A DNA stretch of 64,000 nucleotides, from NCBI GenBank assembly GCA_002269645.1, contig NIVC01001182.1:124001-188000 (forward strand), given 5' to 3'. Each line of letters begins with the position of its first letter. Positions within the stretch are counted from its first letter, which is position 1. Under the pieces are notes generated by a model, which saw only the letters and a list, made by a program, of their open reading frames with translations, did not search any database and was not told the origin of the DNA. This DNA is from Macrostomum lignano (Eukaryota). Positions 56,858 to 64,000 of the stretch are shown here, one piece after another. The position numbers and the translations under genes are program-made.

Positions 56858-59800
56858 TCAGCCAGAGAACTTCCAAAAACCGGCTTCCTTTCCGTTCCAC
56901 ATTCCGATGAAGTCGCTTGGGATGCTGGAGTACTGGAACATCGAGCAGTTGCGGTTTGCACCGGAGAACAGAAAATAACGACAGAGGATGTTGTCACGGC
57001 ACAGCGCGGCGCACTCGGCGAGGTAGCTGACCGACTGGCTGGTCATGTACGGTCGCGTGGCAGCTGGTGGAATGAAGCTGGGCTGCTGGCCTCTCGAAAA
57101 GAATTCCGTCAAATTTGTGCCAGTGGAAACGACTAAAATTGAAGAAAAAAGGAATTTCAATGCTGGATGATTCTACCCACCTTTCAGATCCTCCGTAACT
57201 TCTACCTATACTAATCCTCAATTGCTCAATGCTAAAGGGATTAAATATTCGAAAAACATGCTTTTTGCAAAGGTCAAGGAGACTTGTGCTACAGAAAAAA
57301 ACGGACTGACTGAATTCTGATTCTGATAAAGATTGCATCACACAAGGCTTTTTATTTATCGAAAACAGTGTGGAAGCATAGCACGAGACGATTTAGAGAG
57401 ATTGCGTAACCATATTGTTAACTTTAATTGAAACTGATACTGACTGACTGAGAAATTGATTATGCCATAACTGCATCGTGTGATTTCTACTCTAACTAAC
57501 TTGTGAGTGTTGAATCATAAATGCTACAATGCATTTCAATAGAGAGCTAGCCTGCATGTGAACAGGCTGATTTGCTAATGCAGCGACCTGGGTTCGAATC
57601 TTTGAGTAGTGCAAAATTTTTTAATTATTTTTATATTAAATTTTAAAATACAAGAAGCGTCATAAAAGATTCTCAGGGGAATGCTAAGCTGTCAAGCCTC
57701 GTATAAAATATCTGAGATCAAGAATCTGGAGAAATTGCATTAAGGCTTGCGACGCTTGAGGGGGGATTTCTGAGATGTCAAAGCTTCAAGGGAGAATTGC
57801 TGAGATGGCAACGCTTACTGGGGAGGAATTGCTAAGATGTCAAGGCTTACTGGGGGAATTTCTGAGATGTCGAGGCTGACTGGGGAAATTGCTGAGATGT
57901 CAAGGCTTACTGGAGAGGAATTGCTACGATGTCAAGGCTTACTGGGGGGATCACTGAGATGTCAAGGCTTACTGGGGGAATCACTGAGATGTCAAGGCTT
58001 ACTGGGGGAATCACTGAGATGTCAAGGCTTACTGGGGGAATCACTGAGATGTCAAGGCTTACTGGGGGAATCACTGAGACGTCAAGGCTTATTGGGGAAT
58101 TACTGAGATGTCAAGGCTTACTGGGGGAATCACTGAGATATCAAGGCTGACTGGGGGAATCACTGAGATGTCAAGGCTTACTGGGGGAATCACTGAGATG
58201 TCAAGGCTTACTGGGGAAATTGCTGAGATGTCAAGGCTCACGGGGGGATTTTTTAAATTTCAAGGTTCACGGGGGGAATAGCTGAGCTGTCAAGGCTTAC
58301 GAGGGGAATTGCTGAGGTTATTGCAAGAAGAAGCTACATGCAGTTTATTAAAAAACTTGTATTGCATTCATTGTTGGCTCCTCAACGGGGGGCGCTGATT
58401 GCTAATAGGTATACTCAGCAACATTGAAGAGTCGCCACTCTATGCGCCAGTGAGCGATTTCTCTTGGGTTATTCTAAAAAAAGATACGAGAAAACTGATC
58501 GGGGTAGCTTTAATCCGTCCAACCCTCGCACACCGCTCCCCAACTTAATTCCTCAAATCAAGTCTGTCGCGACGTAGCTAAGTTGCGTCAGTCGCAAGGA
58601 TTAATAGACTTTACCTGCACTCTCGAAAGTGGGGACCACAGACGGAATCATCTATGATGGCGACTTTTCGATGTTGCTGAGTATACATGAGCAGCTAAAG
58701 CAGGAAAACTATTGAAAGATCGATATTTTATTGGAATTATTGAGCAAAAACTGCCACACAACTTTTTTTTTCACAAGATATTGTCAAGTAAAAGTCCCAC
58801 AGGAGTGTACAGCGGCCCTAACTTTATTTATCGTTAGGCATGTACACTTCACTGTGCCTTGGGGGTTGGACCGCAAGGGGTCTAGGACACAATATGACCG
58901 CCACAATATGACCGCCCCAAAATTTTGCCGCCGCAATTCCGCCACCGGCAATTTGATCGCTCTATTTTCTGCGGCAAGGTTGGACATTATTTAAAACTGT
59001 GAACATGCCAGCTGTTGTTATGTTATTGAGACTTTTTGAAGAAGTGACATTTCCAGATAGCTTAAAAATGTACTCTGACTATACTTAACTCAAAGGAAGG
59101 GTTTTTTGTTTGAGTACACTTGCAGAGGTTTTAATCGATGGGGACGCAACTCTAATGTGGGGTTTGCGATGTCCAAGAGGTGATAAAAGTTGAGCTCGTG
59201 TCATTATTCTCTTCTTACGTCTGCGCAATTTTATGGTAGCGCAACTATTGTGGGGGCGCATAGTGGGCCACTACAACTTGCAGGCCTCCTTCTTAATACG
59301 AAATTGCGTTTTTGAAGCCCAAAACGGGGCCGAACAGAAGACCCAAGCTAAAAATGCTACTTCAGAAATACTGAAATGTAAAAAAATCATTTTATCTATT
59401 CGACTCACTGGTAAGAATATCGATTTCGCACAGGTGAAACGATTTATCCGTGAGTCCAGAGACGTTCTTGTAGATAGCGAAGTACCTACCAGCGACCGGC
59501 TGCACGCAGGTGAGGTTGATCGGGTTGCCATCGACAGTTGGAGTGCCGCCATAGTAGGCGCACAGCTCGAACAGGTCCTTGTTGAAGCTCGTCCACACAG
59601 CCGCATTGGATGAGACAGCTGCAGTGAGGAGTTACACATTTTAGTTATTCGGCATCATTTTTCAGATTACGAGGCAACGAACTCCGGCACCTACCAACAC
59701 TGAGTCGTGAAGCTCTGTCATTGAGATCAGGATAATCGGTGGAGAGCCTGTTCCACAGCACTGCTCCAGAGACGAGGTAGACCTGCTCCATATCCAACAT

Positions 59801-60120
59801 CCACCAGGGCAGCGTATCAGCTGGATCAGTGTGGAAGCACTGAGAACCATGGACCAGTTTCCCATCGGTGTTGCCATCGTTTCCCAGCATCGGGTTCTCC
59901 CATGAATAAATCTTAGTCGACATTTTCGCAGGCTTGTTTTTCGGAACCAAGGCGTAGCGAGCCGCTGCAATTCATTTGATTTTCGTTCATTAAATGTTGG
60001 TGCAATACGTGTATTGTACAATGTCCGAAAGTGTTGACTTATGTCGCAAAGCTTACCAAGAGCGGTCTCAAAAAGTAATAGTAATCCGATGAGAGCTGCG
60101 TTTGTTAGTCTTCGATTCAT
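56858..60120 (-). CDS. Secreted F-type lectin + PAN/apple protein C, 272 aa. Exons: 60120-60057, 59964-59695, 59618-59409, 57132-56858
   Basis: Same four-exon phase-1 structure; exons 3 and 4 have the same lengths as in gene B (210 and 275 nt); CFHTD...PWWMLDM...LWNR; ECAALCRDNILC. Confidence 0.9.
57760..58320. repeat. 30-bp minisatellite GATGTCAAGGCTTACTGGGGGAATCACTGA in lectin C intron 3
   Basis: Directly visible. Confidence 0.93.
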
Positions 60121-61874
60121 CGCTGCTTTTCACGAGCTTATTTAGTGGCTTTTAACACAATGAGACTTTCGATTGAGTCAATTGAGCTACCCGCTTCAGT
60201 TTTGGGTAAAATAGTGAGAGCCGTAACTGCAGGTCGTCCAGTTTCTGTCGGTCCTATATAGCCCCAATTTCAGGTAAAAGCCTATTGGCTACCACTTCAA
60301 GTACTTGTAAGCCCTGTACGTGGTTGAGACCATGGACAGCTAAAGTAGAAGATCACTACAATCGCAACTTGTGTACATTTTGCTGAAGGAATGGTTTTGT
60401 CGGCAAAATGCATTGGTAAGATAAGAACTTTCCAGTTCCTATCTCTACAACCTGTAAATTAACAATCCTTGACTTTTGAGCTTCAAATACTCAATAGTCC
60501 TGGTTAATAAAGCAGGAGGGCAGCTCCTCGTCCAGTCCTTGTGGCCCGTCCATCCGCAACGATCCCCGCTTCAAAAGACTTCCCACTCCAAGCTGCGCTA
60601 ATGGTATCTTCATCCATCTCAACGCCGCTGTCCTCTCTTCTCTACTTTCTCCTAATTCTCTCTCAGCCTGAGACTTCTGTTGTATCTTCTGTGTACGGCG
60701 ATGGGCTTCGTCGAACTCGTCATGCCTTTATAGAGCTGCCTTCAGAGTCGAAATGATTGGCGGTGATTAACTGAATGCAGAATTCCCTGTTTGCGTCAAC
60801 TTGAGTCAAATAGCTTCTCGGTCAGAGTACCCGTAAGTTTGTGGCCACCCAGATAACCATTGAAGAGAGTTTCTCGACAAATAAAGCTCTGCTCTATACC
60901 TGATGTCTTTACTCAAAAGTGTTTTTTTGTTACTCACCGGTAACAAATTAGACTCTCGCACCACACTAAGGGGGGCTTGTCATATGGTTGTTAAAAATAG
61001 GTAAAACCGCAAATAGGATTTAAAACCGAGGTCTCCATTTCCATGGGAACGCTCTATTTAGTGATACTGCATTGATAAAAGCTTGCATTGATCGAAGCTT
61101 TTAACTAACTGTAGGCTTCGAGCTAAATTTAAAATTGAAAATGAGTGCTCTCAATTTTGTATGCTTTATTACTGAACTGAGACCGATAGCAATTAAGCAG
61201 CTGGATTATGGTTGCCTTCCCTACTTGCTTCATCTCATCTGACATTAAAACTCAACAGCAGAAACGTTTTATCTCTTGCCTTTGTCATCATACGGATTCC
61301 TTCGTGGAATTGCATAGAAAACAAATCGCGGACTCAATGAGCTGCGAAAAGGGGCCTATAACAGCACCGTTGGGTAGGAGTAAAAATGTTCGAATGAAAT
61401 ACATGTTGCTTTTGACATTGAACAGTCACTAATGATGTTTTCTGAAGGAAATTTCTTAGGGACATCTTATCACTTTCCTCGTGATTTCAGCAGCATTTCA
61501 GTAATGAGCAGTCCCCTCATGAGTCTTCTGCTTCCCGCGGAAGCAAGTAAGACAGTCGATGAGCATCGACTTACCAGCTGAAATATTTGTATGCTTGATT
61601 GAAACAAATTTTATGTAGCTCCTGTGTAAGTGTGTGCCTGTGGGTGTGACTGCTTGCGCTTGTGTGCCTGCTCAGGGGAGTCGGCGGAATGGGAAGTAAT
61701 GCCTCTCGCCGGTTGTGCGACAATGTCGCCTATGAACACTGCCCCTCTGACTAATAAAAAGTAGTGCGGATAAATGATTACAAGCATTTGGTTTGTTACA
61801 TTTTATATTTAAATTTTACTGTATACTGATGGTATTATCTTCAAAGTAACGAGGGCAACATGCAGTACGAGCGT

Positions 61875-62795
<921 letters not shown>

Positions 62796-62990
62796 GTAGG
62801 TTAACAAGATACGAGCTATACTACAGCCAATGCGAAGAGAGCTTGGATTTAAAGTCGTACTGTTATTCCCAACCAATCGGGCTGATCAATGCGCGAATGT
62901 CAATGAAAAGCCTTGAAATAAAAACCGTTAGGAACAAGTTTCTGGACCAAAAACAGTTTTTCTTCAATCCTAACACATCACGGCGAAGTC

Positions 62991-63865
62991 ATGGACTTGA
63001 ATGTGGTCTTCAAGCTTAACGAATTCATGCGGAGTAATGCAAACATTTCAGGCGGGTATGCCCACAACTTGGGCATGCTGTTTTTTCATTACTATCCGTG
63101 TAAGTTTCCCAGTTCTATACTAGTTTTATTGATAATCCACAAATCGATCAAGCCATATGTACGAGCGAAGTTGATTTTTCAGTTTTTGTTCCAATATTAT
63201 GCTTGGTCGCTGTATTTGGTTCGATTGGCAATGTTCTGGTCATTATGGCCGTGCTCAAAACGAAGGTAATTAGTCATCTTTTCTAACTGTGAAATTGCTA
63301 TTCAGATTAAAAAATAAAGTAATAAATGTGCAAAACTTTGAACATCTGGCAGAGTCTGAGAATAAAAGCAACTACTTTGTGGTTAATCTGGCTGTTGCTG
63401 ACTTGTCTGTCACCGGCTTTGTGGTGCCCATGAATGCTCTCGGTAAGACATACAGACACTGAGACACTGGGATAGTCACACAGCCAGGCACCTGGACACA
63501 GACACTGAGCACAAACGTACAATGAGTCAATATGACATTTTTAAGCTCTATAACACCCAGAAAATGAAACACTACACGCATGAACCGTAAACCAAAGACA
63601 AAGACCAAGCCAAAGCCTATACCCAATCAGCAATTATTTGCAGGAGTTCTGGACGGAGAATGGGTATTCAGCCAGCACCCAGTCCTCTGCAAGGTGATCG
63701 GAGCGGTGTGCCTCACCAGCTGCTTCTGCTCTATGCTGAACATTGGCGCCATCGCACTAAATCGTTACATGTGCATCTGCCATCATGATTCCTATGGGCG
63801 AGTGTTCACAAAGCGTAGCACCATTGTTTACTGCGTTGTTCTTTGGCTGTTCAGTGCAGCCTCGC
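62991..63865 (+). CDS. Class A GPCR, melatonin-receptor-like, 3'-partial. Exons: 62991(or 63027)-63099, 63183-63265, ~63353/63355-63442, 63644-63865
   Basis: N-glycosylation sequon NIS; TM1 FGSIGNVLVIMAV; TM2 NYFVVNLAVADL; TM3 LCKV...SMLNIGAIALNRYMCICH. NRYxxICH is characteristic of melatonin-type receptors. Confidence 0.85.
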
Positions 63866-64000
63866 GTAAGTTGAAACGTCTGGGAGCGGTTTTTGACTAG
63901 CGCAAAACCGGTAACTGGAGGCCAACCCACTATTTTTATGGGCAGATGTGCAACCGACAGCTCAGCCGCTGCTATTGCTCCAAGGACTGTGGATGGTCGT

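Noticed and set aside
57545-57620. B-box-like GGTTCGAATC, possible tRNA or SINE
   Set aside because: No convincing A-box, stems or TSD

Overview
Animal (eukaryotic) genomic DNA with spliced genes and minisatellite-filled introns. A free-living flatworm such as Macrostomum is my unverified guess, from the style of the sequence. I reconstructed exon chains by hand from GT-AG sites and phase continuity. Genes: AP-5 beta subunit (AP5B1-like, 5'-partial, about 8 exons, 436-14270, +); a complete 5-exon Wnt (23853-30452, +); a secreted protein with two divergent galactose-binding-like domains (32116-36593, +); three paralogous secreted F-type-lectin + PAN/apple genes (44221-45304 -, 47023-52866 +, 56858-60120 -); and the start of a melatonin-receptor-like GPCR (62991-63865, +). 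Mobile DNA: a near-intact mariner, a CORE-type SINE with target duplication, a decayed RTE LINE carrying a young nested non-autonomous LTR element, a Crypton-like fragment, and a decayed Ngaro/DIRS-type retroelement inside a lectin intron. About 25 tandem arrays are present, and most long ORFs in the supplied track are repeat artefacts. There is no CRISPR or prokaryotic system. The most notable items are the lectin-PAN trio with divergent binding loops, the nested LTR element, a perfect 24-bp in-frame expansion in AP5B1, and a pair of related minisatellite arrays in inverted orientation. All homology calls are from motif recognition; no database search was run.
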